From: Octopus sinensis | Lineage: Eukaryota | DNA: 64,000 nucleotides | NCBI RefSeq assembly: GCF_006345805.1 | Contig: NC_042997.1 | Coordinates: forward strand, 112,158,001 to 112,222,000 | Reading direction: 5' to 3' | In this document: one piece after another, positions 11,706 through 24,836 of the stretch | How positions within the stretch are numbered: position 1 is the stretch's first letter | Layout of the letters: each line of letters starts with the position of its first letter | Notes under the pieces: model-generated | Told to the model about the DNA's origin: nothing | What the model saw: only the letters and a program-made list of their open reading frames with translations | The model's database searches: none | Translations under genes and position numbers: made by a program

Positions 11706-12675
11706 ATGTCTATGTTATATCTTACAGACTTTACATTGTTCACCCAACATTGAGCAGCAGTCATGATGTCCACATTTTGGTACCCAGTGCCAATCATCAT
11801 GATACAGGTAACTTTTTGGCAATTTTCAAATGGCTTCCAGTCCTCCGTGTCAGCTAACTTCTTTTTTTCAGCTACAATTTATAATCTTTGTACTCTCCAA
11901 CAGCATAGACCATAGCTTCCCACCTGTGGGTGATTTCAACTTACAAGAGGGCGATGGATGAATTTTTAAAAAATAGTGGGTGATTTGAGATTTTGGCGGG
12001 TGATGTGAACATTTTGTAGTTGACAAAGAATTTTTAGAAATTAATTCTGCATTTACTTATATCTAGGCCTACCTAGAATAAGGATACACTTTTATTGATT
12101 TGACTACTCATATGAGATGTCCCTTTATTATTAAGTAAGCAGACTTGGTTATCAACTGAATATATGGTCTTCATATGTGCTAAAAATAGCAGCCAAATAT
12201 GCCTAGGCCTTAAATCACGCTCCACCATAATTTTTTTTTACATAATTGTATGAAGTTCTGCTTGTAGAATGCAAATTTGCAAAAATTTTCTGAAAACTTT
12301 AAAAAATAAATAAGTTATGAGGGGTTATATGTCATGCGTAATTCTACAGTTTCATATCAAAACACAAGTGCTATTTTCAGGATGTTGACAAAATGTGCAG
12401 TCAGGCACAAAATGACAGCTTTGAAATCGTATTTCTTGACTGGGTGAAAATGATCAGACTCTAAACTGCTATAACTTTTTAAAACATTTTGAAATGGGGG
12501 CAGCCAAGCAAACTAGATCTTTATTTGCTTCAGTAAAGACATGTCATCTGACTCTGCTCTGCCAACTTCTTCTTCCCTTTGGGAATACCATACTGCCTTT
12601 CTGATGCCATCTGTAGAAATTCATTGTCACATTTTCACTTTACTGTTGCTTCCAGTCAATGAAATTTATCAATAG

Positions 12676-13445
12676 TACAGTCGTGATTATTTATCGTTTG
12701 GATTTATTCCTTCTCCTCAGAACTGTCAGTTACCAATGTGCCTCCTTTGTCATCAAACATTGACCACCAAAGCAATGAAACCTTCACGCTTGAAGTATTA
12801 CTTTGATGCAAAGAATTCTGACAATGACAAGCTGTTATCATACTTTTTGCAACTGAGCTCCTCTTTCAAAAAGCAATTACAAACATTCAGCACGCTACTC
12901 CAGGAAACTAGTAAACAGGAGAATGATAGGTTGATTGCATCGTACCAACATTGCATTGCTTGTTGCTAAGTCTGAGAAGTTTCACACAATTGGAGAAACA
13001 TTACTTCTCTCAGTTATCGAAGAAGTTTTGTCAACCATTATGCATGAAGAACCTGATAACATTATGTAGAAGATCCCACTTAGTAATAACATGATTTCTC
13101 AACGCATTGATGAAATGGCTAATGATGCTAAACATCAGCTCATTAATATTCTCCAGCATTCTGAATTTACTATACAAGTGGATGAGTTAACTGTTGTGGA
13201 CAATTAATGTTCGATGATGGTATATGTTCAGTATTTCAGCGAAGACCTTCAACCTTGTGAGGAAATGCTGTTCACAGAGAAATTGCTGCTTGATTCAAAA
13301 GGTACAACTATTTTTCACACTCTCAAGTCTTTCCTTTTTGAATATAATATCCCACTGAGTAATATTCTTGCCTGTGTGTTTGATGGAGCCCTTTTGATGA
13401 TAGGAAGATACAAAGGTTGTTCATCTTTCCTAAAGTGTGAAATTT
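12676..13445 (+). pseudogene. hAT (Buster/Charlie-like) transposase relic
   Basis: YLSFGFIPSPQNCQLPMCLLCHQTL..AMKPSRLKYYF; HTIGETLLL; IPLSNNMISQRIDEMA; EFTIQVDE; EEMLFTEKL; NILACVFDGALLMIGRYKG. Several in-frame stops. Confidence 0.9.
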
Positions 13446-13519
13446 CCCACCAGATACTAACTGAACGGTAGATTGAATGATGAGCTACAGTTAGTTATCA
13501 AGACTGAACAAATTGAAGT

Positions 13520-13640
13520 GGGCCACCCCAATCCAGTTCTCCATGTCCCTTTCACACGTGGGGGTCTTCGAAGGGATACGTCCAAGGTATGTGAAGTGTT
13601 CAACTTCTAGGGGTTGGCCGTTGAAGCTAATGTTTGTGCC
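13520..13640 (-). mobile_element. RTE-clade reverse transcriptase fragment
   Basis: The minus strand reads TNISFNGQPLEVEHFTYLGRI, resembling the RT motif I.GQ.LEVV..F.YLG. Confidence 0.55.
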
Positions 13641-13967
13641 CTCACACACACACACACATATTTATATATATATACTCTTTTACCTATTTACAGATTTCAA
13701 TTTGAGGGCTGTGGCCATACTGGGGCACTACTGGTCTTGCTTTGACTTCATTAATCCTCCTTTAATAGTTGGAATTTGGTGAATGAGGGAGTTTGAAGCG
13801 AGATCTCGTTCTTGTCTTACACATGGCAATGGCTACTGGTGAGATCTCATCCAAAATGGCGCTAGCTTCTTGTGCCTCGCTACAAGTCCTATCTTACTTG
13901 GATGGGCTCTTCAGGTCATCTGATGTTTAAAAAATCCTATTGTAGTTTTAGAATTAAATGTTATTAT

Positions 13968-14187
13968 TCTCTTACTTGTTTCAGTCACTTGACTGTAGCC
14001 ATGCTGGAGCACCATCTTTAGTTGGACAAATCAACCCCTGAACTTATTCTTTGTAAGCCTGGTACTTATTCTATCAATCACTATTTGCTGAACTTCTAAG
14101 TTACAGGGACATAAAATACACTAGTCAAGCAATGATGGGGAGACAAACACACAAATACATACATACATACATACATATATGTATACC

Positions 14188-14249
<62 letters not shown>

Positions 14250-14257
14250 TATGTATG

Positions 14258-14327
<70 letters not shown>

Positions 14328-14335
14328 TATGTATG

Positions 14336-14379
<44 letters not shown>

Positions 14380-14540
14380 CAAGCTTCTTTCAGCTTCTGT
14401 CTACCAAAGCCACTCACGAGGCTTTGGTCAGCTCTTGGCTATAGTAGAAAATACTTGCCCAAGGTGCCATGCGGTGGGACTGAGCCTGGAACTATGTGGT
14501 TGGAAAGCAAGTTTCTTACCACACAGCCACTCCTGTGCCT
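13968..14540 (-). mobile_element. CORE-type SINE, full length, with expanded internal (TA)n
   Basis: Both halves of the family flank a TA/TACA array at 14150-14376. Confidence 0.8.
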
Positions 14541-15345
14541 ATAAAAATACTTGAAAATCTTAATGCCAACCTCTGGATGCTGAAATATTTGGTATATTTT
14601 AGAAGTATAATCAGTTTATTGTACATAAATTTTAACAATAAAATCTTAGATGGACCCCTCCCCCCAAGGGTCACATGAACCTTCAAGGACCACTGCACTA
14701 GAAGGACAAAGATTCGAACTCATGACCTTTTAATTTTAGTATTCCAGCACTATATTTACACAACCTCCATACCAAACTTTAGCGTGAAATGAAGCACAAA
14801 AATATTAACATTTATCAAATGGATTTACTTCGCAACAAAGCTAGGTTACAAAAAAGATTATCTTTCTAATATAGCAGAGAACAAGCTTTAAAAATAAATT
14901 TTTCTTGACCTAAAATATCAGTGGTAAAACTAAAGAAACACTACCTGTGCTACTAGAGATCAAATATTCACCAAAGTCACTGAACGAAGGCCTAAATACC
15001 AAACACTACACAAGGAATGACTCAGCAATTTACCTAAAAGGTCAAACACTATGTTTTTGGAAAGGTCAAAAGCTAGTATCAACACTTGTATAAGACTATG
15101 AATATTAATTAGGTCCAGTAAACACGGATTTTATAAACGAGGATTTATTTCGGACAATTATAGTTCTGTCTTTTAAACAAACCATGCTTGTATTGAGTGC
15201 AACAGTTGCCCATTAAATCATTGCTTGCTATAGTGTTTCATATGTTTACCTTTTGTTCTCATTTGATATCCTGCTCTTTTCAATTATGCATATCATTTGT
15301 CCTAAGCCTTTAGTAGCTGCATCAACTATCTATCTGTCTGTCTGT

Positions 15346-15751
15346 AAGGCAGCGAGCTGGCAGATATGTTAGTACGCTGGGTGAAGTGCTTTGCGGTATT
15401 TTGTCTATGTTCTCAGTTCAAATTCCGCCGAGGTCGACTTTGCCTTTCATTTTTTCAGGGTTGATAAATTAAGTACCAGTTACACACTGGGGTTGATGTA
15501 ATCGACTTAATCCATTTGTCTCTCCTTGTTTGTCCTCTCTGTGTTTAGCCTCTTGTGGGTAGTAAAGAAATAGGTATTTCGTCTGCCGTTATGTTCTGAG
15601 TTCAAATTCTGCTGAGGTTGACTTTGCCTTTCATCCTTTCGGGGTCGGTTAAATAAGTACTAGTTACACACTGGGGTCATTGTTATTGACTTAATCCCTT
15701 TGTCCTTGTTTGTCCCCTGTATGTTTAACCCCATGCGGACAATAAAGAAAT
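15346..15751 (+). mobile_element. tRNA-derived SINE (aaggcggcgagctggcag family), head-to-tail dimer
   Basis: Central domain gtcgactttgcctttcat...ggggttgataaattaagtacc (Meta-domain-like). The second unit restarts at ggtatttcgtc, about 15573. Confidence 0.8.
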
Positions 15752-16003
15752 AAATAGCTATCTACCTATCTATCTGCCTATGTATCTATCTATCTAGCTA
15801 TCTATCTATACATACATACAGACAGACAGACAGAAAGGAGAAAGCTAATCCGAAGGCAACAGATCTAATCCATCACTGGAACTGTAAAAATCTGTAAAAC
15901 TTTCCAGAAGTTTTTCATTTAAATATATATGAGCATGTCTAGATATGAAACTATATGCATGAAAATACATACATAAAACATACAATCTGCACATACATAA
16001 ATA

Positions 16004-16061
<58 letters not shown>

Positions 16062-16292
16062 GTGTATATACATACTTATAGGTACATACTTACATCTATA
16101 CGTATATACATATGCATATGTGGGCACAGGACATCATAATACGTGTATAACAAACAAATATGAAGTACAAGTACATGAAACATGAACGATTCTTTCGAAA
16201 ACAAAAGACACAAATGGTAACCAAAACAAACAACATAAAGAACGACCCTTCATCAGTTATTGACTGTTTTTCTAGTCTCATATTTTGAGCAT

Positions 16293-16358
16293 TTAACAAC
16301 ATACATACATACATACATGCATGCATACATACATACATACATACATACATACATACAT

Positions 16359-16389
<31 letters not shown>

Positions 16390-16461
16390 TACATACATAC
16401 ATGCATGCATGTATGCATGCATACATACATACATACATACATACATACATACATACATACA

Positions 16462-16495
<34 letters not shown>

Positions 16496-16500
16496 CATAC
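16293..16500. repeat. (TACA)n array
   Basis: Seen directly in the sequence. Confidence 0.95.
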
Positions 16501-16627
16501 AAACAAACAAAAATACCCTGTTGTTGATGTTGAAATTCCAATGAAAGAACCTTGGATTTAGGTTAGAAACTGGTTCTTTCTCTATTGGCAAGAAATCTTG
16601 AAATAAACTGAATAATGACATACATAC

Positions 16628-16900
16628 ATGGAGGTCATAGAGTTCAACTGTTCTGCTGACATGAATCTCTCTTTGGAAATCAAAGAGAAAGACGACAATT
16701 ATGAACAACTGCTAGAAATCCTCCAGCTTCTATATCCAGATTATAAATTTACATTTTTACCAATACTAACTGGTGCACTTGGCTTTGTGAGTAAATGCCG
16801 AAGGGACAAACTGGAAAAGCTAGGGTTTTCAGAAAAAGAAATCAACCAACCAACTTGCACATCTGGAAGAGGAATAGTGAAAATATGCAAGACTTTTCTC
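16628..16900 (+). mobile_element. Non-LTR retrotransposon REL-endonuclease C-terminal fragment
   Basis: VIEFNCSADMNLSLEIKEKDDNYEQLLEILQLLYPDYKFTFLPILTGALGFVSK matches the IE..CP.D.N...K..EK...Y and PI..GALG pattern of REL domains. Confidence 0.7.
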
Positions 16901-17029
16901 AGTTTTAAATGTGACATTGTTTTTGCTATCTACATTCCAATGCTGGAGCTTTGTGTCCTTGTTAAAAACCAGCTCCATCCTCAGAAGAAGAATTTAAGTA
17001 GTTAACAACAAAAGAAAATATCCATCAAT

Positions 17030-17500
17030 CTATCAGTCCATCTGTCCATTCCATCCATCCATCTGTCCACCCACCCACCCATTCATCTGTCCATCCATCC
17101 GCCCACCCATCCATCCATCCATCCATCCATCTGGCTGGCCATCCATCCATCCATCTATCCATCCACCCACCCATCCATCCATCCATCTATCCATCCATCC
17201 ATCTGGCTGGCCATCCATCCACCCATCAATCCATCCAGCCACCCATCTATCCACCCATCCATCCATCCATCCATCCATCCATCCATCCATCCATCCATCC
17301 ATTTCATCTGTCCATCCACCCATCCATCCATTCATACATCTGTCCATCCATCCATCCATTCATCCATCTGTCCATCCATTCCATCCATCCATCTGTCCAT
17401 CCATCTGTTCATCCGTTCATCCGTCTACCCACCCATCCATCCATCCATCCATACATACATACATCTGTCCATCCATTCCATCGATCGATCCATCCATCCA
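17030..17500. repeat. (TCCA)n degenerate array
   Basis: Seen directly in the sequence. Confidence 0.95.
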
Positions 17501-17657
17501 TACATACAGCCACCAACTGTTCCCCGTTTCCAAGCCAAGTAATATATTCCCATGGCCCCAGACATGTTCTTGCAGAATAATGGAAAGGAAAGGAATGACA
17601 CTGCTTATTTGACAGAGGCAATGATTTACAGCTATCACATGATGTGAAGACGAGGAG

Positions 17658-17717
<60 letters not shown>

Positions 17718-17844
17718 CAGAAGGGTTTCTTTCAGTTTCTGTCTATCAAATCCACTCAAAACTTTGATCAGCTTGGGTCTATAGTAGAATTCACTTGCCC
17801 TAGATGCTGTGCTGTAGGATTGAGTTCAAAACAATATGGCTATT

Positions 17845-18407
17845 ATTATTATTGAGTGAGCGAGCAGAGCATGCCATCAAAGTGACACTGGGGTAAAATA
17901 CACGAAGCCCAGTATACCCATCATGACTACCCGTCTGATAAGGGTACACCAGGCACATGCATCACAACCATATGTGCGCGACATTGTGATCTCATATCAA
18001 GATAAACAGCACATGACCTTGCAGGTGGAGCCCAGTTAGAATTTTCTTCAGATCGAGTAACCCATCCCGCTCAAAAGGTCCCTGAATAAGGGTTGTTTAA
18101 GGATGTTGAACAAAACACCCATGTTTCCAGAGGTGAATTATTCAAACCCCAAAGAATCCTTCTCAACACATGGCTATGATGCTCCCCCACTACTTCTGCT
18201 TGTGATCAGAGATGCACATATCGTCAGCCACTAAGGGACATGCTCAACTGGTTATGGTCAAACAACTGACAAGCAAATCTGTGGTATTGAGCAGAATATT
18301 TGCTGTAGCCCATCTTTTATACCAAGACAAAACAATGTACATGATAACACTTCCAATCAGTTAAGATCAGAAGCCATGAGAGCCACTGCCTGGTACTGCA
18401 TCAGGGC

Positions 18408-18412
<5 letters not shown>
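17845..18412 (-). mobile_element. About 550-bp non-coding retroposon with (TAA)n tail
   Basis: Highly similar copy at 58760-59293. An (att)n run at the low-coordinate end is the tail on the minus strand. Confidence 0.75.
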
Positions 18413-18461
<49 letters not shown>

Positions 18462-18890
18462 TACAGACGTCGCACAGTATACAATATTGTGAGGTTGTTG
18501 ATTGAAGATATTTTGTCTTCTGCAGGTATTGAACTATTTGTCAAGTCAAAACAAGGACCTCAGACAGACACTACTTTATGCAATATGTGTGCAGTTCCAA
18601 GTAATACTGATTTTTTGCAATATACCTAGATCGTAGGGTATTTCTCAAGTTTTCAGATGTTTCTTCAGGTTGGTTGGTATTGAACCCAATGCTCCGATGA
18701 CAATAGACACAACCTTTGTGTTTGACTCTCTTAGCTGCCACATCTTAGCAATCTCAATTCTCAGGTCTCCATATTTATCAACCTTTTCATTTTCTTTCAT
18801 AATGATATGTTGATTTCCTGGCACTGATACGTCGATTATTAGGCACTCTTGTTTGTCCTTCCTAAAGGTTACTATATCCAGCCTTCAGTG
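18413..18890 (-). mobile_element. R4/Dong-like LINE 3' end (REL domain, UTR and (TAA)n tail)
   Basis: The minus strand reads RLDIVTFRKDKQECLIIDVSVPGNQHIIMKENEKVDKYGDLRIEIAKMWQL...VVSIVIGALGSIPTNLKKHL..LLGTAHIL. Confidence 0.85.
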
Positions 18891-18891
18891 C

Positions 18892-18894
<3 letters not shown>

Positions 18895-18966
<72 letters not shown>

Positions 18967-19395
18967 TAGTCTTATTTTTATAGTGTGCTTCCATTTCACT
19001 ACTGAGCACAGCTCTGTGTGCCTTGGGTATGTGCTGTGATGCTCTTATGGTTACTGTATTGAAAGTGTTTTGAGTAGGATGTGTGCAGTGCGCAGTAGTG
19101 CTATTTTCTTTGTGCTATATATACTTATTAGTCCTGGTGTTTTTGTTATGTATTTGTCAGAATATTTTTTTATCATACCTAATGCGCCTACTATGATAGG
19201 GATTGTTTCTGTTTTTAGATTCCACATTCAAGTTATCTCTGTTTCCAGGATTTTGTATTTTGAAAGTTTCTCTGTTTCTTTTAGAGAAACATTGTCATCT
19301 GCTGGTATTGATACGTCGATTAGGAAGCATCTTTTTTCTTCATGATCTCTGACAACTATATCTGGCCTGTTGGCCTTAATTTCTTTATCTTATAA
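18895..19395 (-). mobile_element. Second R4/Dong-like LINE 3' end (different subfamily)
   Basis: The minus strand reads DKEIKANRPDIVVRDHEEKRCFLIDVSIPADDNVSLKETEKLSKYK..TIPIIVGALGMIKK..KIALLRTAHIL, followed by a (TAA)n tail. Confidence 0.9.
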
Positions 19396-19484
19396 TAATA
19401 ATAATAATAATCATAATTATTATTATTATTATTATTATTACTAGTTAGTTTAGGGTGGAAAGCTAGCAGAATCATTAACACGAT

Positions 19485-19855
19485 AGGCGCAAGAGTGGCT
19501 GTGTGGTAAGTAGCTTGTCTACTGACCACATGGTTCCGGGTTTAGTCCCACTGCATGGCACCTTGGGCAAGTGTCTTCTACTATAGCCTCGGGCCAACCA
19601 AAGCCTTGTGAGTGGATTTGGTAGACGGAAACTGAAAGAAGCCCGTCGTATATATGTATATATATATGTGTGTGCGTGTGTCTGTTTGTCCCCTTGACAA
19701 CCGATGCTGGTGTGTTTATGTCCCCGTTACTTAGAATAAGTACTGGGCTTACAAAAGAATAAGTCCCGGGATCGAGTTGCTCGACTAAAGGCGCTACTCG
19801 AGCATGGCCGCAGTCAAATGACTGAAACAAGTAAAAGAATAAAAGAATAAAAGAA
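19485..19855 (+). mobile_element. CORE-type SINE copy
   Basis: ggcgcaagagtggctgtgtggtaagtagc...gactgaaacaagtaaaagaataaaaga. Confidence 0.8.
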
Positions 19856-20050
19856 TGCCAGACAAAATGCTTAGCGGCATTTCGTCCAACTTTACGTTCT
19901 GCCTTCCTTTTATTCTTTTCAGGGTTGATAAAATAAGTACCAGCTGAGTACTGGGGGTTGATGTAATCGACTTATCCCCTCCCCCGAAATTGCTGGCCTT
20001 GTGCCAGAATTTGAGACCATAATTACAACTCAATTAGTTTTTTGTTTTAA

Positions 20051-20259
20051 CCCTTTTGTTACCAACCAGCTCTGGTTCTGAGTACAAATGTCTTGTTTTC
20101 ATAAGTTTTGAATTAAAATCTTCCCCAAACCTTAGTCACAATTTACGTTCCTAACACTAGCTGAATGATAACCAGGTTGTTTTACTAAATTCTTTGTTAT
20201 ATTTAAAATTAATTGAAAGAAATACAGGGCATCTCAAAATAAATACAGTAACGAAAGGG
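20051..20259. mobile_element. piggyBac-type MITE
   Basis: TTAA on both sides (20047-50 and 20260-63). TIRs cccttttgttac / gtaacgaaaggg. A related truncated copy starts at 44336. Confidence 0.75.
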
Positions 20260-21339
20260 TTAATTACTTCAGATTTAAATATTTTCCACCTAATTTTAAA
20301 AAGAGCTTTTTACACGTTCACTTTTTAGTAGAAGCCATTTCAGTAGAATTATATTCCACTTCCAGTTTCTCCATGTTATTGTCTCCTGTAAGTGTCTGAC
20401 TCTGAACCTATCAAACAAAAACAAATCAATCAATCAATTACTGATTGTAATTGAGATATTAATGAGAGCAGCTTTGATATGTAAGGGAGAGAATTTACGT
20501 TAAACTATTTTCAGATTTAAATTATTTTAAAAATCAATCCTCCGCCCCCCTCCCCGCCACACACTTGTCTCAGTGGAAAACGACTTCGATGCGTTCCACA
20601 AAAATGATTAACCGCACACAGTGACATCCTTTTATTTTCTAAGAAAAAAGATTATAATTATCCTTGTTATTAATTAATTGTTCTTGTTTCATTATAAATC
20701 AAATATTTCGTAATGAATCAATGATTTATTCCTTCATCTTTTCTCGTTTGTCATTTACTTGTTTCAGTCATTAGACTGTGGCCATGCTGGGGCACCACCC
20801 TGAAGAATTTCTAGTCAGACGAATCGACCCCAATACTTTGTTTTTATTTCTTGTAAGCCTTTATTTTTATATTTCTATCAGTCTCCTTTGCCAAACTGTT
20901 AAGTTATGGGAGGATAAACCAGTTGTCATGCAGTGGTGAGGAATCACACACACACACACACACACACACAATGGGCTTCTTTCAGTTTCAGTCCACCAAA
21001 TCCACTCACAAGACTTTGGTGTTGGTGGGTTTACGTCCCCATGACTTAGCAACTCAGCAAAAGACACCAATCGAATAAATACCAGGTTTATAAAAAAAAG
21101 AAATAAAGAAATACTGGGCACAGTCCACACCACTAAAATCTCTTCAAGGCAGTGCTCCAGCATGGCCACAGTCTAATGACTGAAACAAGTAAAAGATAAA
21201 AGATTATTCTTGGGTTGAGGAAGCAAGGGAGACAACTCCAAACACCTAAGCATTATTAGGCTTTGTTAGTGGAAATTCAGTCTTGCCAATATTTTGTTGG
21301 TAATGGTTTAATGTAAAGGAGTATCTATAATGACGGTTT

Positions 21340-21550
21340 CAAATTTTAGCACAAGGCCAGCAATCTTGGGGGAGGGGTAAATTGATTACATCAACTCCAG
21401 TACTCGACTGGTACTTTATTTTATCAACCCCGAGAGAATGATAGGCAAAGTCGACCTCGGTGGAATTTGAACTCACAACATAGTGGCAAACGAAATGCTG
21501 CTTGGCATTTTGTCTGGCATGCTAACGATTCTGCCAGCTTGCCACCTTAG
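21340..21550 (-). mobile_element. tRNA-derived SINE (aaggcggcgagctggcag family)
   Basis: Reverse complement of the family consensus. Further copies at about 23385-23590, 31160-31380, 41170-41395 and 45185-45330. Confidence 0.7.
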
Positions 21551-24452
21551 GAATATCCATAATAATAAGGAGTAGTGATGGAAATAAGATTAATTAACGA
21601 GTTAATTGAAATTATTATATTACAAATTAAGTAAAATTTATATTATTATTTTTTTTAACAATACAAAATTTTTTGTGTTTCGCTTATAAAGGTAAATTGG
21701 TCAAAGAAACAAAGAAATTATAAATATTATTTCTCCTTTTCTCTCTTAACCTTTCTATTTGCTTGCTTTACTCATCATCATCATCATCATCATATTAATC
21801 AGCTGGATCACCATTTCAACAGAGATACCGTTAATAGCAACATTTGCTGTCACACAGTTAAACAAAATTTTAGATTTATTACAGAAAATGTCAGCCAAGC
21901 ATCACAGATATTTCAATGGCTTAAAACGTTTTGAAATCTGAAGGTTCAAAGACATAGGAATGAATATTTCTGCAAATCTTTAAATTAGAACCAAATGTCA
22001 GGACATATTTCAGGAACTTAGTGCTAACAAAAGAAATAATAAAAAATAAAGAACAACAATATACCAAAAAGCTTTTGTCTTCGACATTCTTGAAATGTCA
22101 ACAGCTGTAAAATTCTACAGAGTTCTAGATATTGTCCCCAGTTATGATCACAACATGTCATGCATAGATGGAACTTTGGATGAAAAAATAACACTTGAAA
22201 GATCAGTGTTTTATTGAAAGCTACCAATGTTTTGAAGTTTATCAGAAGGGAAGTTATGAGAGGCTTTAATAATAAGTTTACCTGAAGACCTTAGTGGCAA
22301 GTTTCTTCACCCCTTCTTGTTTTCTCCAAGACCTTAGAAACAAACTTACCACTTACTCATGTTTTTTAGCTAAAGACAACAAGCATTTCCTGTCTCCTGT
22401 TGGTGCTTGTGTCATGTAAAATGCACAGGTGATGGTGCCACATAAAAAGCACTGGTGATGGTTCCGTGTGAAATGCACTGGTGTGGGTGCCATGTAAAAA
22501 ACACTGATGGTAGGTTCCACAGGAAAAGCACCCAGTACACTTTGTAAAGTGGTTGGTGTTAGGATGGGCATCCAACTGTAGAAACCGTGCCAGACCAGAT
22601 AATTGGAGCCTGGTGTGGCTACTAGTCTTGCCAGCTCCTGTCAAGCCATCCAACACATGCCAGCATGGAAAACCAATATTAAATGATGATGATGATGATG
22701 ACAATGAGGACGATGTTGTTGCTGTTGTCTACCTGAATTTACTTTTGAATAAGCATACTAGCCTGAAGATCTTAGCAACCAGCTGACCCCTCATTCCACT
22801 GTTGTTTTCCTAAAGTCCTTAACTACAAGTTTAATATTCATTCTTATTGTCAGTCAACAACTCGTTAGGAACACTCATTAGGAAGCAATTTTATAAAAAG
22901 TCATGTTTACTACCTTTGAAGATTCTTCTTAATTGATATTTCATTAACCCTTTTAATATAATAATAATGAAGTTCTTACATTATAACCCATCAGAAAAAA
23001 AGTAGCCACAAGTGTATGGACAGTACAAAGAATAATGCACAGAAACTGAACAGAGAACGAGTCATTTAAAAAAAAAAAAAAAAGGTGAGGACGACATCAG
23101 GTATACTGTTGATGTATTTTGGGAAGCATGGAGGTTTTGAAGGATGTAATGTCCTGATGGCTAACAAGTGGTGCGGATTCTCAGCATGAAAAAATGTTTC
23201 TGAAAGTCATGGGTGCTGTGTTGTTTTCTGATTTTGTAAGCATGTCTGTGGATGTTAGCCATGTGAAATTCAAAAAGGTTGTTGTTGGAAAGATGGTGGA
23301 TAATCTTGTGGGTGTCTACAAAGTCAGTTGCTAGACGTTGGTACTTTAATGTTATCATATATCTGATGAACATATACTTATTTCTTTGTTGCCCACAAGG
23401 AGCTAAACATAGAGGGGACAAACATGGACTGACAAAGGGATTAAGTTGATTAGATCGACCCCAGTGCATAACTGGTACTTAATTTATCGACCCCGAAAGG
23501 ATGAAAAGCAAAGTCAACCTTGGAATGTAATGGCAGATGAAATGCCGCTAAGCATTTCACCTGGCGTACTAATGTTTCTGCCAGCTCGCCGCCTTCTGAT
23601 GAATATATACTGGCAGACAGAACTAGCTGAACCATCAACTGTTTGAGTAGTCACTACTGATGATGTCTACAAAATAAGTGAAACTAGTCTAGTCTAGTGA
23701 TTCTAGAGACAGTCATGGGGTGGTTTACCTCCCTTGTCAGGGTATATATATTGTGCTCTTCTTACAGCATTAAGAGTTTTTAACTCTTATTTCTAGCAAT
23801 GTAGGTTCCTCGTCAACATCAGTCACATTTAGTGATGATTAAATTTTTCCTATATATGTATATTTATTTATATATGTGTGGTGAATGATGTAGCGTCAAT
23901 TATGTAACTAACATGGATTACAAAACAACTGTCAACTAATGGAATAAACATCTATTCTCTCACTTTACTTCTTTTATCTGATCAAATTGTGTGTGTGTGA
24001 GTGTACATATGAGTATATATGTATGAATCTGTGTATATTTGTGTGACATCACATGATGGCTGTAAAATGATTGTTGCTATCATACAAACCGTGTCATTCA
24101 TATCCAATATTCCAATATTCATTACTTGGAAAAAGGTGAGGGTTGGTGACAGGAAAGGCATCCAGCTGTAGAAAATCTGCCACGATGAATTCCATCAGAC
24201 AGAAGCACATAATCAAATGGATGACTTAAAAAAAGAGAAAATGGTTAGTGACTATGAATAAATGAAGAGTCAATAAGTTACAGCATGGCTGTGTGGTAAG
24301 GAGCTTGCTTCCCAACCACATGGTTTCTGGTTCAGTCCCAATGTGTGCCACCTTGGGAAAGTGTCTTCTACTATAGCATCAGGCCAGCCTATGACTTATG
24401 AGTGAATTTAGCATATGAAAACTGAAAGAAGCCTGTTGTATATATATATATA

Positions 24453-24832
24453 CACTTGCGTCAGAAATTAATTAGCACTTCTCAAATTTCTACATTAAAT
24501 AGGTTAAATCAATTAACCTATGAGCTGTTCAAAACGTCTTACGCGATGAGAAAACTTAGTATGGTGTGATTTCGGTCCTTGCGAGGCGCTACCTATATCT
24601 ATTAAACAAAGGAAGATTTGTCTGCATCCGCACTCCAAGTTGTTGTTGCACTGCTATGTCAACATCATAAGGCTGTAAACACTCAAACTGCTCTGCAAAC
24701 AAAGTTACGTCATCGTTCTGCGCAACAGTGAACTCGCAACAAAGCAATAGTTCGAGATATGGCCACTAGGTGACAGCACATACCTTGAGTGAAGAGCAAA
24801 TCAAGGGTGCTAATTAATTTCTGACGGTAGTG
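24453..24832. mobile_element. Tc1/mariner-type MITE, 380 bp
   Basis: 26-bp TIRs cacttgcgtcagaaattaattagcac / gtgctaattaatttctgacggtagtg (2 mismatches), flanked by TA in (TA)n. Confidence 0.85.
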
Positions 24833-24836
24833 TATA

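Noticed and set aside
18170-18230. CTGACGA on the minus strand of the 550-bp retroposon as a possible hammerhead core
   Set aside because: The downstream GAAAC gives no valid helix III with a matching helix I.
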